DNA from: Octopus sinensis
Lineage: Eukaryota
DNA length: 64,000 bases
Direction: 5' to 3'
Assembly: GCF_006345805.1 (NCBI RefSeq)
Contig: NC_043015.1
Span: 5,890,001-5,954,000 of the forward strand
Made by a program: the position numbers and the translations under genes. Shown here piece by piece: positions 1-14,450 of the stretch; the first letter of the stretch is position 1; every line of letters starts with the position of its first letter. The notes beneath the pieces are model-generated. The model saw only the letters and a program-made list of their open reading frames with translations. It searched no databases and had not been told where the DNA came from.

Positions 1-187
<187 letters not shown>

Positions 188-1869
188 TTTATATATTATA
201 TATATTTATATTTATATATGTATGTATGTATTAGCACAGAATCTCACATACTTAGATGTATACAAATATAAGAGCCTATAGAGTCGCACAACGTTTAACA
301 AGGTCGTTTTACTTAATTTTTTTCAATTGTTTATATATAGTGTATATTCACTTTAGTTTAGTTAATTATTCACATTCGGGAGTAATCATTATTATTTTTT
401 GTCAACTTCCTTATCTTTTTCACCACTGATTTTTTTTTTAATGTTGCTAATTTTGCATTCATTATTGTATTTATTATTTTACTGTTAAAATTGAAAAAAA
501 GACTGTCTAAAAAACTGTTCAGATACATCTATCGCCCATCTACCGCCTCTCTTGTCATCAGTACATATATTTAAATCTTTCCTTGCAACTTAGGGGCTGT
601 ACTACATACATTTAAAAGCACTCAGATTAAATTAAATGAGAAAGAATCATAGAATAGTATAGACATTCGTGTAATCGGTGTGTTAACATGTAAGAGGAAG
701 TGAAAAAATATATAGTTTCAGTGGTGTAACCAAACAAATGAAGAACGAACAAGACATGACTTTTACTCCATACTGGATAAAGTTGAGTAAATTAGATTTT
801 TCGAAACAGGTGTTACCGTTAGAGCAATTCCGGTAGGTTTTTATTCATTATCCTTCAAAAGGAGATGTCGTAGGGTGAAGTGCTGTTACGTAATTTCTTT
901 TTAACCTTATACCTAAGTTTCCTTTCAACGCTTAAACGTTTTACATGATGAATTTTAAATTTTATTTTCTCAGTGTATATAATGCTGATTTTTCCGACAT
1001 ATTTTGTAACCAGCATTACAGACTAATTGAAGAATGGTGCCTTTAACTGTACCAAAATGCATTTATGCGAAACATGGAATAGCAATATAGAGTTTATTGC
1101 TCATGTAATATCATTAAAGAAACACATTTCCAGCAGTAGAGACTATTTTAACAATAGTTTTTATGACTATTTAGTGAATAGATAATTCAGTAAGCTTGGT
1201 TAACTATTTCACTAAAGCAACACATGCCATGAAAAACATGTGCTTTTAAAACAATAATCGTGTTTATTCTATGAGGTAAGATTGCACACAAACTGAACGC
1301 ATATATTATTCAAGAGAATTCCGTTGTGAGGCTAAATCATCGACTGAGGCGGCATGTGGTAATTGTATTTAATTAAAATAGACACCATCTACTAATTGAA
1401 AACTTTGGCACTCAGAGAACAATTTTCCGTAAATGTCTTTATATTTAGCATTAGTTATGTTCCTGATTTTAAAATCTCACAGAAAGCACAGATGACTCGC
1501 ACTTTTCCATCTGCATACAATTCTATGACGCATAAAACATTTATATTTCTGAACATATATTCACCTGTGTATTGCGAATTGCAATTTATTTTATGTGGCA
1601 AGGGTCATTAATAATAAATGGAATACGCAGCGCATATGTGTGTATGTATATGTATGTGTGTGTATGTATGTGTATGTGTGTGTATGTATGTATATTCACA
1701 CATATATATTTCTACGAGCGCTCTCACACAAATAATTAAATATTTGTTGATTAGTGATTAAAAATTTTCTTCCTCTTCTACATTTGAACAAAATTCGAAT
1801 ACAAATCATGTTTATAGTTTACAACATCTTTTAAAAATAAAATATCTATTAGTTAAATTGTCTACTTAC

Positions 1870-2656
1870 CCAGATTTTGCAAAATTCGTCCAGTAACGCA
1901 TCACTGCTTCACTTAGCATTCGTTCTGACTTCGAATACGATGACGTGCTAAAAGGTTGTATGCCGTCAACTAAGGGAGCCCCGAAAATATACGGAAGCTC
2001 ATCTCCCCCAGACAATTTGCCTTTTTCGTCAGACTGTGACGTATATGTGAAATAATAAAAGTATGTATTGCCAGTTTTAGCATGCAGCTGTCCCACTTTT
2101 AGTAACGGTGCAATATATTGACCATCACTGAGTAGTTCTAAAAGACTATCCCGGCGGTTTTTTGGAGTTGTCTTCTTACTCCACTCGGCATAGTGATGGT
2201 CAAGTATTTCATATACTTTTTGTCTGTGAAACTGGAACCTGTTGTGTACATAAGTACGTAGCATTTTCTCCTTTTTTTCTTCGGAGATTCCATTTTCCAC
2301 GTCCTCCTGATCGAAGTAAGAATATGCTTCATTTTTAGTGATCCCGAACATTAGATCTGCGTTGGAAAACATTGAGACTGGTTTTTTAATTAACTCTTCC
2401 ACGGACTTTGGTATGATGTTTTTACCATCGATGACGGGTGCGAAACAGGAAAAATATTTTGGTGGTTTCGGCGCGTTTTTTACTAAGTCTGAGAATGATT
2501 TATTTCGTAGACATTTAATGAGGTCTTGTGAATCGTCGATGGAACAGTTGACGCTCAAGGCAAGCTGGTGTGTGCAGCCAATTGGATCGTTGGCAACAGA
2601 CCAAGAGCTTAATGCTGATCCACTTTGGAGTATTGCACGTTGAAATAATGTCCCAT
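1870..2656 (-). CDS. NLGN: Internal coding exon of a neuroligin / neuroligin-4-like gene (C-terminal half of the carboxylesterase-like ectodomain)
   Basis: The minus-strand frame reads GTLFQRAILQSGSALSSWSVANDP...VNC...LIKCLR...FAPVIDG...DLMFGITKNEA...RTYVHN...LLELLSDGQYIAP...YFYYF...GDELPYIFGAP...SERMLSEAVMRYWTNFAKSG, matching neuroligin motifs (LFQRAIxQSGxALSSW, LSxxVMxYWTNFAKTG). The acceptor is polypyrimidine+CAG|AT at 2657/2656 (phase 1) and the donor is TCTGG|GTAAGT at 1870/1869 (phase 2). Length 787 nt = 2+261x3+2. The ORF-track start at 2558 is an internal TTG, not a real start. Confidence 0.9.
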
Positions 2657-3638
2657 CTGAAAAAAGAAAAAAATATAATAATTTATTCTAGGAACTCTGG
2701 TGTTTCGTATAATGTGAGAGGGTGTAAAGAAAGAGTATAATTTTGATATTTGACATAACTACATTGACATCTTACATCTAGCATCGTTATATACTTAAAC
2801 ATATTACAAGACGAGATATCCAACATCTGATTATAATTATGTTTGAGAGTTTAGATATAAGAGTATAGGTATAAAAAGAAACCCATCCTGCTGTTTCTGT
2901 GTAGTATAATACAAGATAAGTGTTATTGTAATATTCAATTTCTGTATGAAGTGACACAAGAATTACATGTTTTCCTTTTGTTGAAACATTTTGCAATGTA
3001 CATGGACACAAATAAAGGCCTCACTGAAATTAAGCTATATATCATGCACAAATTGTGTCCGCACAACTTGTATATAGATGTTCAGTCGATGAGAGTAACG
3101 ATATTTTTTTAATAAACGTCAAATATGGAAACATGGAAACGAATATCTTTTAATTCATATTGCTATAATTCTTTACTGTTTAGTCTCATAGCAAACCTGA
3201 TTAAATAGTCCTGTAGTAAGAAACATTTTACTCAAGATCATGATAATCATATCATCTGAAATCATGATCATCTAATCAATAATATAGTAATATATTATTC
3301 AATAGACACTTCCTTTCATAAAGAAGGTGGGACACGATTTTAAAACGATTCGGTTAATATTTCTAACTGTATGATAGAAGTGTGGCTCTCTGTGGAATCG
3401 TTATGTTTTATGGCTCAGAATTTGAAACGTGTTGTCTTATGTGAAAGAATTGCCGTCTAAACCGAGCAGCATCTCTTCCAACAATAAAATTGATACAGTA
3501 GCTTAAATTGGGAAATAACACCTCTGAATTTCATCACAACACTGTTTCTATATGAAAATAGTGAATGAAGATATGTCAGATAATCATGCGAATAATTATT
3601 CAATTAAGTCTAGATTCCTTGTATATATTACTTTGTGT

Positions 3639-3681
<43 letters not shown>

Positions 3682-3727
3682 TATATATATATGAGTGTGT
3701 GTGTGTGTGAGTGTAGTATATATATAT

Positions 3728-3768
<41 letters not shown>

Positions 3769-4503
3769 TCGGTAGAACCTAAGTTTTTAATGGCGGTGCC
3801 CCAGCATGGCCACAGCTCATAAGCTGAAACTAGAATCAATCAATCAATCAATCATATGCACATATATATATATGAGTGTGTGTGTGTGTGTGTGAGTGCA
3901 GTATATATATGGATATATATATATATATGCATGTGTGTGTATGTATGTATAGGCGTCTAACACACTACTCTTACGTTTAATTGCTTTTGTATGATACACA
4001 GGAAGCTATGGGGATGGTAAAATGAAACATAATTGCAAGGGATATCTTATAAGACAAAATTCTACTCAGCTAGCTCGGTTATGTCCAACAACGTTACTAG
4101 TACAAATAATTCCTTATTATATGAATACATTTCATTTCAATATGATATTAATGTATGTTAATTTCTAAAATCATATTGTTCATTTATACTCAATATGAAA
4201 AATTAGTTTAAATAAAGAAGATAACATATACAACACATTAATAAATTCCATAATGATATACATCAACGCTCTAATTAAATGAAAAATAAGGTTATCATTG
4301 TTCTAAAACCAAGTTATAAAATTACTCCCTATATATTCAGGTATGAAACTTCTTTATAATAAATGCAAAGATATAGGCAATAGAGCAAAATATGCAAGAA
4401 AATATGGTATAACATCAGGAATTTAATCTAACAAGGTGTTTCATTTATCTTACTAAAATATCTGAAACAAAACAGAAATGATGTAAAGAGTAAAAATCAC
4501 ATA

Positions 4504-4539
<36 letters not shown>

Positions 4540-5315
4540 ATGTACGTGTATGAGTATGTATATGTGTATATATATATATGTGTTTGAACATATATATTAG
4601 TATACATATTTGTATATACATATATATATATGTACATACACAAACACACACACAGACGAACGCACGCACACATACACACACATACATATATATACATATA
4701 TATATACACATATATCACCTATTATTGAGAATAAAAGCTGTATTCCATTTACCTCTCCGTTGCAATCATGAAATTGTTTAATAGAATACATAAATGAAAT
4801 TTATACATTAAATACAAAAGTATAAAAAACATGAAATTAGCATATGATTTTTGAGAGTATTCATTTCGTGCAGAATATATATATATGTATGTATACATTA
4901 AAAAACCTTCTAAAATGTAAACAATTATTAATCCAATATGAAATAAGTAGAAGCAAAACTTGTAAATTTTCAATTGAAATATTAATATTTATATTCATCT
5001 TTAATATAAAATTATCAGATTTTCAGAATTTTTTAGAATAATATATATTTGCAGATTACAAGGAAAAAATTCTACCACATACATATATAATTTTCCAAAA
5101 TATTGTTCATATTTCCAAAGAAATTTAAACATATTTCAGTTTTCCTTCGTGGTTTGTTATTTTTGTTTTGTCGTTGCTTTTTTTGTTTCTGAATCCCTGT
5201 AATACTCTCAAATGTTGGATATTATTTCTCATGGTTGTTAAAAATATTCTTAATAAATATAAAAAAGATTACATGGTTATAGAAATAACAATGAATAAAA
5301 TAATTTTAGCCAGTG

Positions 5316-5350
<35 letters not shown>

Positions 5351-6079
5351 AATATATATATACAAGATTTTTTATGGATACATTAGTCTCACACATTAGG
5401 TTATGTAATATAGAGAATTTAATTTTTTCAATCAATTTTGATTTTCTAAGCAACATGTAGGGAAAACTTCTCATTATATCTAACATCTAACAATGAACGA
5501 CGTGAAAACTTCCTTTGGATTAGATTATTAAAATTTTAGAGTTGTATAGAGTATCATCTCTTAGTCTTTTTTTATTCTAATAATCTTGCTTCCTAGTGAG
5601 CTTACTTTGCAATCGTGTGGTTTCAGACAAGTATCGCCTAATACAGCCTCGGGCCAACCATTTAATGATATTTACTAGACGGTAATTGTACTGACCCTTT
5701 CGAAGATATATACATTTATGCATGTATGTGTGTTTGTGTTTATGCTTTTCCCCGAACATTATTTACAACCGGTTGTGGTTTGTTTACATCCTGCGAGGAA
5801 GCGGTTGTGAAAATGGCTTGATAAAGTAATTACTAAATTTAAGATTAGTACGTATATGGATTCGTTTGACTACAGCATTCAAGGTAGTGTCCCAGCATAT
5901 ACATAAGCAAAGGATATAATAGGTCAAAAATAGGCGGTATGCTTCAGATGTAAAAATGGATTTTTCGAACAGTGTAGACCAGTACATCAGTTTTTATCTA
6001 ACCTCTCCTTTCAATTCCTACCCACTATTCTATTTCCCACCCCACTCTTGCCAAAATTAAATGCGCAATATTTAACATA

Positions 6080-6480
6080 TATATATATTTTTGTTCTTTA
6101 AATCTTTTCTCGGTTCCAGCTCTAGGCTGCGGTCATGCTGGGGAACCGTCGATATGCTAAACTGTTTTTGAGAGCCTCCTTTGATATATAACATTTGGTG
6201 AATAAGGGAGTTTCCTGATGCTGTCCTTACTTGCGCCTCTTGCTGCGAGGTAGATTCATCTGGGACTCTCGACAGAAAGAAATCCAGTTTTGTTTTGAAA
6301 ACACCTACATACATATTGTGTAGGTCCCTCAGCCTCTTTGGGAGAATATTAAAAAGCTGTGAGTCCCCTGAAACCCAGGATGTTGCAGTAACTGGCCCTG
6401 AAACGCGACAGCAGGGTTGGGAACTATGGCACTGTGCAGAGGCGACCCGTTCTGGTATCTGTGTAATTTTGAAAACCAAA
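6080..6480 (-). mobile_element. Decayed 3' end of a CR1-group LINE ORF2
   Basis: Minus-strand translation ...SQLFNILPKRLRDLHNMYVGVFKTKLDFFLSRVPDE... matches the typical C-terminus of CR1/L2-group ORF2 (LFNxLPxxIR...FKxxLDxFL..PDE). Confidence 0.7.
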
Positions 6481-6549
6481 ATTTGGTACAATCCCTTCCA
6501 GGTTCCTTCAGCTGCATATACGCCTTCGCTTCGTATGTATGCAAATATA

Positions 6550-6945
6550 TCAATATATATAAAACTGAAGTTGTGTGGTGTCTGTCTCCTACGATTTAGA
6601 TTCCTAACTACTCCCACATTTTGCGGTGTAGTTTAACCAAAAGCGGGTATCTTATAGTCGTGATTAATATCGAGCCCTTCTGGGTATTAGCGCGCGTCTA
6701 CGATGAGTCTACGATTTAATAAAAAATTAACATCTTTTTTTCCCATTTTTAATGCATTGTTTTTGCTATTATATAAGGGAAGTAACTCTCTAAAAATGTC
6801 TACGATGAACCTACGATTTAAAAAAAAAATTACCATCATTTGTTTCCATTTTTAATGCATTTTTTTGCTATTATATAAGGGAAGTAACTCTCTAAAAATG
6901 CTTATATAGTTATTTCCCTTACAAACCCAAGCAACGCCGGGCGAT
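6550..6945 (+). mobile_element. Non-autonomous Helitron-like element with an internal ~101-bp tandem duplication
   Basis: It starts TCaatatatataaaactgaagttg and ends with a degenerate GC-rich subterminal hairpin, cccaagcaacgccgggcgata; the terminal CTAG is not visible. The unit gtctacgatga...gctattatataagggaagtaactctctaaaaat occurs twice (~6697-6798, ~6799-6899). Confidence 0.55.
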
Positions 6946-6987
6946 ATATTTATATATATTTGGAATGTTATATATATATAATATAAA

Positions 6988-7383
6988 GGCGTAGGCGTTG
7001 CTCTATGGTAAGAAGCTTGCTTCCCAACCAAACGGTTGCGGGTTCGACGTCACAGCGGGACGACTTGGGCAAGTGTCTTCTACTATTGCCTCCGGTCGAT
7101 CATTGCATTTTGAGTGAATTTGGTAGACGGAAAGTGAATGAATCCTGTCGTATATACACATGCATATATCTATGTATATATTTTTGCCTTTGGTTGTCCC
7201 TCAGCACCGGTTGACAACCAGTGTTGTGTTTATATCTCTGTAACTTAGCGGTTCAGTTGGTAAAAGGACCGATAAAATAAGTACTAGGCTTTAAATCATA
7301 AGTCCTGGTGTCAATTTGTTCATTAAAACATATCAACACAGTGTCTCAGCATGGCTGAAGTCATATAATAGGAACGAGTAAAA
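6988..7383 (+). mobile_element. tRNA-derived SINE, family A (CORE-like segment cttgggcaagtg), diverged near-full-length copy
   Basis: Head ggcgtaggcgttgctctatggtaagaagcttgcttcccaacc...gggttcga has A/B-box-like motifs and is homologous to 53639-53801. The 3' part ttgacaaccagtgttg...cagcatggc is shared with 29905-30130. Confidence 0.8.
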
Positions 7384-7746
7384 TATATATATATAGGCGT
7401 GTGTGTATGTTTGTGTGTATGTGTGTGTGTATGTGTATGTGTGTGTGTGTGTGCGTATGTGTGTGTTGAAAGTCTTAATTTTTACAACTGAAATACTATG
7501 ATTAGCTGATTAGGGGATTTCATATAACCGAAGCATGACAGTTACTTCTGTCATTTGCTTAAAACTATTTGCTTAAAATACCAGGTACACTCTAATCTGG
7601 ATTGTTTGAATTGTTAATAATAATTCGGATATCAACTTTTGTACTTCTTTAGACTACAATCATCCATAGTATGAGATTTGTTTCGACTTACTGATTGAAT
7701 AATCGCAATTAAAACAACTATTTCGACTTGCCTGTATTAGATTTAT

Positions 7747-8135
7747 GGATGGAAGCACTCCGTCGGTTACGACGACGAGGGTTCCGGTTGATCCGAATCA
7801 ACGGAACAGCCTGCTCGTGAAATTAACGTGTAAGTGGCTGAGCACTCCACAGACACGTGTACCCTTAACGTAGTTCTCGGGGATATTCAGCGTGACACAG
7901 AGAGTGACAAGGCCGGCCCTTTGAAATACAGGTACAACAGAAACAGGAAGTAAGAGTGTGAGGAAGTTGTGGTGAAAGAGTACAGCAGGGATCACCACCA
8001 TCTCCTGCCGGAGCCTCGTGGAACTTTTAGGTGTTTTCGCTCAATAAACACTCACAACGCCCGGTCTGGGAATCGAAACCGCGATCCTATGACCGCGAGT
8101 CCACTGCCCTAACCACTGGGCCATTGCGCCTCCAC
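7747..8135 (-). mobile_element. tRNA-derived SINE, family B, young full-length copy with 11-bp target-site duplication
   Basis: Minus-strand head GTGGAGGCGCAATGGCCCAGTGGTTAGGGCAG...GGTTTCGATTCCC contains A and B boxes. It is flanked by the direct repeat attagatttat at 7736-7746 and 8136-8146. Confidence 0.85.
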
Positions 8136-10494
8136 ATTAGATTTATAGGAATCTATCGTATGTCTATCTAATATACATAACCCTCCTTTTGTGGTACTTT
8201 TTTCGGCTATATACTTGATTCCGCAATCCCCCTCGTTATATACCCGCTAATTCTGAATATATTGATCATATTTAGATTAACCAATTCAGCAGAATTCATT
8301 GTGGCAATCTTTTACCTGCATTTCAATATTGTTCAAAAGTTTAATGCCTGTATGTCATTTTTTTTCATTTTCTTTTGTTTTTTTACATGTATATAATTCT
8401 CTCATAATCCTTAATGTCTAGATCAGAAAAGTAATTAAGCTCACACGCCTTCCGTTTTTTCATTTTCTGAATGAAATGATGATAGAGATGGTATATTCTT
8501 GGAGGTCACGATTGATCTCAGGGAATTTCAGTCTATTTTATTTTAATCACCAATTCTCTATTTAAAAACAGTTAATTGATTAAATCTCTTTACATTTCAT
8601 AAGTTCTTTCACTTGTATTTTCTGTCCTTCGTTTATTGATTTCTGTTTTGATATTAACAAATCTTCCATAGACTGTATTTCATTTTTTTTTTATTGATAT
8701 GTTATAATAACGTTGTATTCCTGTCGTGTATCGTATTATAATGCTGTATACTGCACATTCTCATTTCATAGGCAACCGTAAGAATGTCCTATGTTTGTGA
8801 CAGATATAACACTTCCATTCATGAAGTCTACAACATACATGCTTATTGCATACACATTCATACAATATTTTATCGAATATATTATTTATAATCCGTTTAT
8901 TGCATACATACTTTCTATAATAATATACCTGTATATTACATATGTTGTCTGATCTGCATCCTGTAACTTGCAGATTAGTGGCTTCATGTTGATTAGAATG
9001 TTATTTATTTTAGAGATTTGTTTTTAATATATTTCATGATTTGTGGTTAGCTGTGATATATATGTTTCTTTTAATATTTCTTTTAATAACGAATTTATTC
9101 AGTTGGTAACAAAATGCATATGTTCATAATGAAATCCTGCATGTGTTGTTAATACGTTTTATTCTTAACTCTATCTTTTATATTAGTGAGGAAGAATTTT
9201 TTCAGATACTATTGCGTATATTTAATTTACAAATTCGTCTTCCAGTTATTATCTAATATTTGTTGCCTCGTCAGAACAGCTTTATCTGTTATCTGAACAG
9301 CTTTTTTCCAAACAGCTTTGAACCATTTTCTTACAAATGATTTTACTAATGATATTTCGTTGCCTTTGGAAGCATTCTCTATAACAATACATGTACAGCG
9401 ATATGCATGTAGGTTATTTGTTGATACTGAGGTGCTAGATACGTTCTTTTTTATTCCTAAATTGAATCTAAACCTGCTATGGAGTTTTACTCTATGCTTT
9501 AGACTGCAAATTTAATTATGGCTGTAAATATTTTCAAAGGTTTTCTTCTAGCCTATCTACCCGTTCCCCTATATCTGCCGTTATGGGTATGCCATCGAAA
9601 CGCTCGAAATAGATAATTTTGTTACGTTTCAGAACAGCTGGGGTTCACAAAAAGAATCTAAATATACTGTCAAACTACGTGCAGAGGTCGCATATTGGAC
9701 AAGGAAGTGGAAACATGGTTCAAAAGTTGAACAAAGAATTTTTTATGGATACTTCTTGTTATGTTAATTAGTGTTGACATGGAATGCGCATACAGCATGT
9801 CAAAAATTATAGAGACAGTTTCCATTAACAGAAATTTGCAGAACATCATTCTGCACCTGTTTATAACATTGTACGTTTCTTGTAAAATTTCTAGGAATTT
9901 ATATAATGAACGAAAGCGATACCTGCCAGTTCAATAATTATTTACGATATTCTCTTGTCACTTGGCAAGTCTTTGAGTAGGTAATTTCATTCAAGCGACA
10001 ATAGTTCGATCGGCTATACATTGCACGGCATTATGTACTATCATGAACGAAATAACTAGTTTGCATACAATAAAGGAAACATATCAGATTAAAATCTAAA
10101 GGAAACATTGGATTTAACTCGGTTGTATATGTATTGACAAAACGAGTCATTTGAATCAATTATTGTACAACGACACACAGTACGGAGCCGGCAGAACCTT
10201 TGGAACACCTGACAATATGATTAGAATCATCACTCCCGAGTTCACGAGACTGATTTTGGATTTTATGTTTTCGGGTTCGGTAAATTAAATACACAGGACG
10301 ATGTAAAATCGTTCCCCTCTCAAGGCCTTATGCAAAATTTAATCAGTTGATAAATGCTTTAATACTGTAGCACTACTAACACTTTATTCAGCTAATAAGA
10401 ATTAGAAAGACAAATCATGGATTATAGTAACTGTACAGATAAGGTTTAAACGTAGTGTCATTTATTCCATATACCAAATATATGTATGTGTGTG

Positions 10495-10495
<1 letters not shown>

Positions 10496-10576
<81 letters not shown>

Positions 10577-10579
10577 CCA

Positions 10580-10636
<57 letters not shown>

Positions 10637-10659
10637 CCAATCTATCTATCTATCTACCA

Positions 10660-10721
<62 letters not shown>

Positions 10722-10750
10722 TTATCTATCTATTTATCTATCTATCTATC

Positions 10751-10828
<78 letters not shown>

Positions 10829-10838
10829 ATATATATAT
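10496..10838. repeat. Compound microsatellite (TATC)n-(TC)n-(TA)n
   Basis: Directly visible; it produces the spurious YLSI ORFs. Confidence 0.95.
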
Positions 10839-10928
10839 AAAATTCAGGGTGAATACTTGATAGTTGTAAGCACCTGTATATACCATTTAGTGGTGTAGGT
10901 AATAGAGTATATTAATCAAAATAAAAAC

Positions 10929-11051
10929 ATGATTCAAAGGATTTAGCGGTACATATGTTTCGGGCCTTTATTAGACGGTTTTATAACAATGCATAATTGA
11001 TGTAAATGTGTGTCTAAAGGCCCGAAACATATATACCGCTAAACCCTTTGA

Positions 11052-11056
<5 letters not shown>
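10929..11056. repeat. Inverted repeat with 42-bp arms (probable Penelope-like terminal remnant)
   Basis: atgattcaaaggatttagcggtacatatgtttcgggccttta (10929-10970) pairs with taaaggcccgaaacatatataccgctaaaccctttgaatcat (11015-11056) with 2 mismatches, between two (TA)n tracts. Confidence 0.85.
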
Positions 11057-11116
<60 letters not shown>

Positions 11117-11939
11117 TATATATAAACAATGAAAAGCTAGTTCTAAAAGCGAGCTAGTGCTATCTCTAGCAGACGAGCTGTCCAGTACTGAAGAGCTGCA
11201 GAGGCACCCCGAAAACATGTTGATCTGCTGGTCCCGTCGCCAGAACGCGGTTGAGGTCCCCTCCCCTGCGTGCAATATATCGTTAATTAACTTAAGGATA
11301 TGTCCTCTTGGGGTTAAAAATCGCAGCAAAATTAGTTCGAAGGGAACAGCGATGTTGAAGTAGCTGTGAGCATTATATGTATAGTTTGATAGATAGATAG
11401 CTAGATAAATAGATAGATAGACAGACCGACAGATGTATGTATGCATGTATGTATGTGCATGCGATAATAAGACTACTAAGTTCAATGGCAGTAATTAAAA
11501 GTAGCAATTACAAATAGCTCTAAAATATTTCAAGTTCCATTACTTCATAATTCTGCTGTTCATTATTTTCGTAATTTAGAATTTCATTATAATGTTCGGT
11601 TGATATATACACAGGAATATCCAGACTATAAGGGAAACAAGCCATTTTCAGAAATACTATCCTATGTAACTCATGAAATAAAACTGGTCGTACACAGGGC
11701 TGATATAAATTATGTATTAATATCAATCATGAATATTAGAGTTCGAAAATGTATTTTGAAATAAATTAGGAGAAAATCACTCGGTAAAAAAAAATATAAA
11801 ATGTTGAAATACAATATTAAATAATAAAAATTGTCAAAAATTATAAATATTCCATAATTTGAATATTCACGACTTCAGCATGCACTACTAACTTAAATCC
11901 CAAAGGAAAGAACAGTTTTATTAATGTTTATGAAATGGC

Positions 11940-11950
11940 ATATGTATCTA

Positions 11951-11981
<31 letters not shown>

Positions 11982-12347
11982 GTATATCTATATTATATAT
12001 ATATATATATATGATACAGAAACACAGTAAATACTTATATTTAATATATGATATATACATATATATATATATACATATATATACATATATACATATATAT
12101 ACATATATACATATATATTCATAATATATATATACATATATACATAACTATTATATATATATATATATATATATATACTTATATATACATATATCATATA
12201 TATACATATATATACATATATATATATATATACATAACTATCTATCTATATATATAATATACACACTACACACACACATATATATATATAATATTATATA
12301 ATATATACTATATATATAGTATATATAATATTATAAATAGATATATT

Positions 12348-12395
<48 letters not shown>

Positions 12396-12835
12396 CACAC
12401 ACACAAAATGTGACCTGTAAATAGTCGGAAGAGGTCCTTGTAAGCAAGAGGAAATATCCTACATTCACGAAAAGAAAAATTATTTAAGATAGGCATATAA
12501 ACAATGGGCATATAATACAAATATTATTAAAAAAAATATTGAAATTTACATGAAATAGACGAACAATCAGAAATATACATGTGAAATAATATATATATAT
12601 ATATACAATAAAAAATATTATAAATTTGGTTAAGCATATAAATATCAATTTGAAAAAAAACATCAAGATGAATTCTAAGTTGAATATTAATGATATATTG
12701 TAATAAAACATGCACAAATGCACATATAAGACGTACGAGACCAGCAAGCGAGGAAATATATACGTACAGATCTTTTCAATAATCATTTATTTCCCTTCAA
12801 GCATGTCTGCATATATATATATATATATAATATAT

Positions 12836-12866
<31 letters not shown>

Positions 12867-14075
12867 TATATAGATATACATATATATATACATATATGTA
12901 TATATATATATATTATATATATATATATGTATATATAAATATGTATATATATATGTATGTATATACAAATATATATATATATATATATACATATATATAC
13001 ATACATATATATATACATATATATATACATACATATATATATATATACATATTTATATATACATATATACATATATATACATATATGTATACATTATATA
13101 CGTTCATATATATACATATATATACATTCATATATAACTATTTATATATATATAATTATATATATATATATGCATATAAATATGTATACATATGTATATG
13201 TATATATATACACATGTATATGTATATGTATGTGTATATATATATATATGTACACACTCATAGACACACACGCACATGTTAAGTATCCATATTACATGCT
13301 GTTTAGACATTCACGCAGACAATCTAACGTCGGACATAGAACCATGCATATTTTTCCCTGGGGCATGGAGCGTATATGGATATCGACAATGATCATATGG
13401 AGAAATCTAAAGTGCGTAGTACCGTGAAACACAAAAGGAAAATTTTAAAAGAAGCATGCTTACACGGTAAATCATGGAACTCAAAAACAGACATAAAAAT
13501 ATTCATTTACTATAAATCTTCGCTCATCTATGACCCTTTGCAATTAATAAAAAATGAGATATTTGCCAGAGCCATACATTGTTTTCATAACAAACGTCCT
13601 TAATACCAACAAAATAAATACACTTTACTAAATATCAATTTTCAACAACGAAATATAAAATATCTTGATATATGTTTCAAAAATCAGATGTTGTATATAC
13701 GTTTTAAAAAGATCATTTAAAATCTTATATCTTCATTAGCAAAAAAGAAAACTGCAATGATTAATTAAGTATAATGAAATTGAAACCTCATCACCAAAAT
13801 ATAAATTAATTTCCAATTATATAGAAAGATGATATACGGATAAACCTTAAATAATTATTATATTTCAATAATTCTAAATATCTCAAAATATACGAGAAAA
13901 CCATTTGGGGTGATCAAATTTTGATAAATGACATGCGTTATCGTGGCATATAGATTTGTGTCTACAATCTAAAATATCTATATGTAATTGATGTGTTCGT
14001 TATATTTCTTTTATTACTCTTATGAAAATATCATATATACATTAAATATATATATATACATACATACATACATTA

Positions 14076-14131
<56 letters not shown>

Positions 14132-14450
14132 TATGATATATATATATATATACATACATATATATATATATACATATATGAATATATACACACGTATGTA
14201 TATATTTGTATGCATATACATATATATGTATATATACATATATACAAATATGTATAAATATATATATACATATACATATATACATATATACATACATATA
14301 TATACATATATACATACATATATATATACATATATACATATATATACATATATACATACATATATATATACATATATACATACATATATATACATATATA
14401 TATACATATATATACATATATACATACATATATATACATATATACATACA
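11940..14450. repeat. Cluster of long degenerate (TA)n/(TACA)n microsatellite tracts (approx. 11940-12395, 12810-13255, 14035-14450)
   Basis: Directly visible low-complexity sequence. Confidence 0.9.

Noticed and set aside
2338-2643. 101-aa plus-strand ORF
   Set aside because: It is the antisense shadow of the neuroligin exon.
8055-8135. tRNA-like sequence (also at 28707, 40107, 53639)
   Set aside because: These are SINE heads. They continue into shared SINE bodies, occur as dispersed diverged copies, and in places have target-site duplications.
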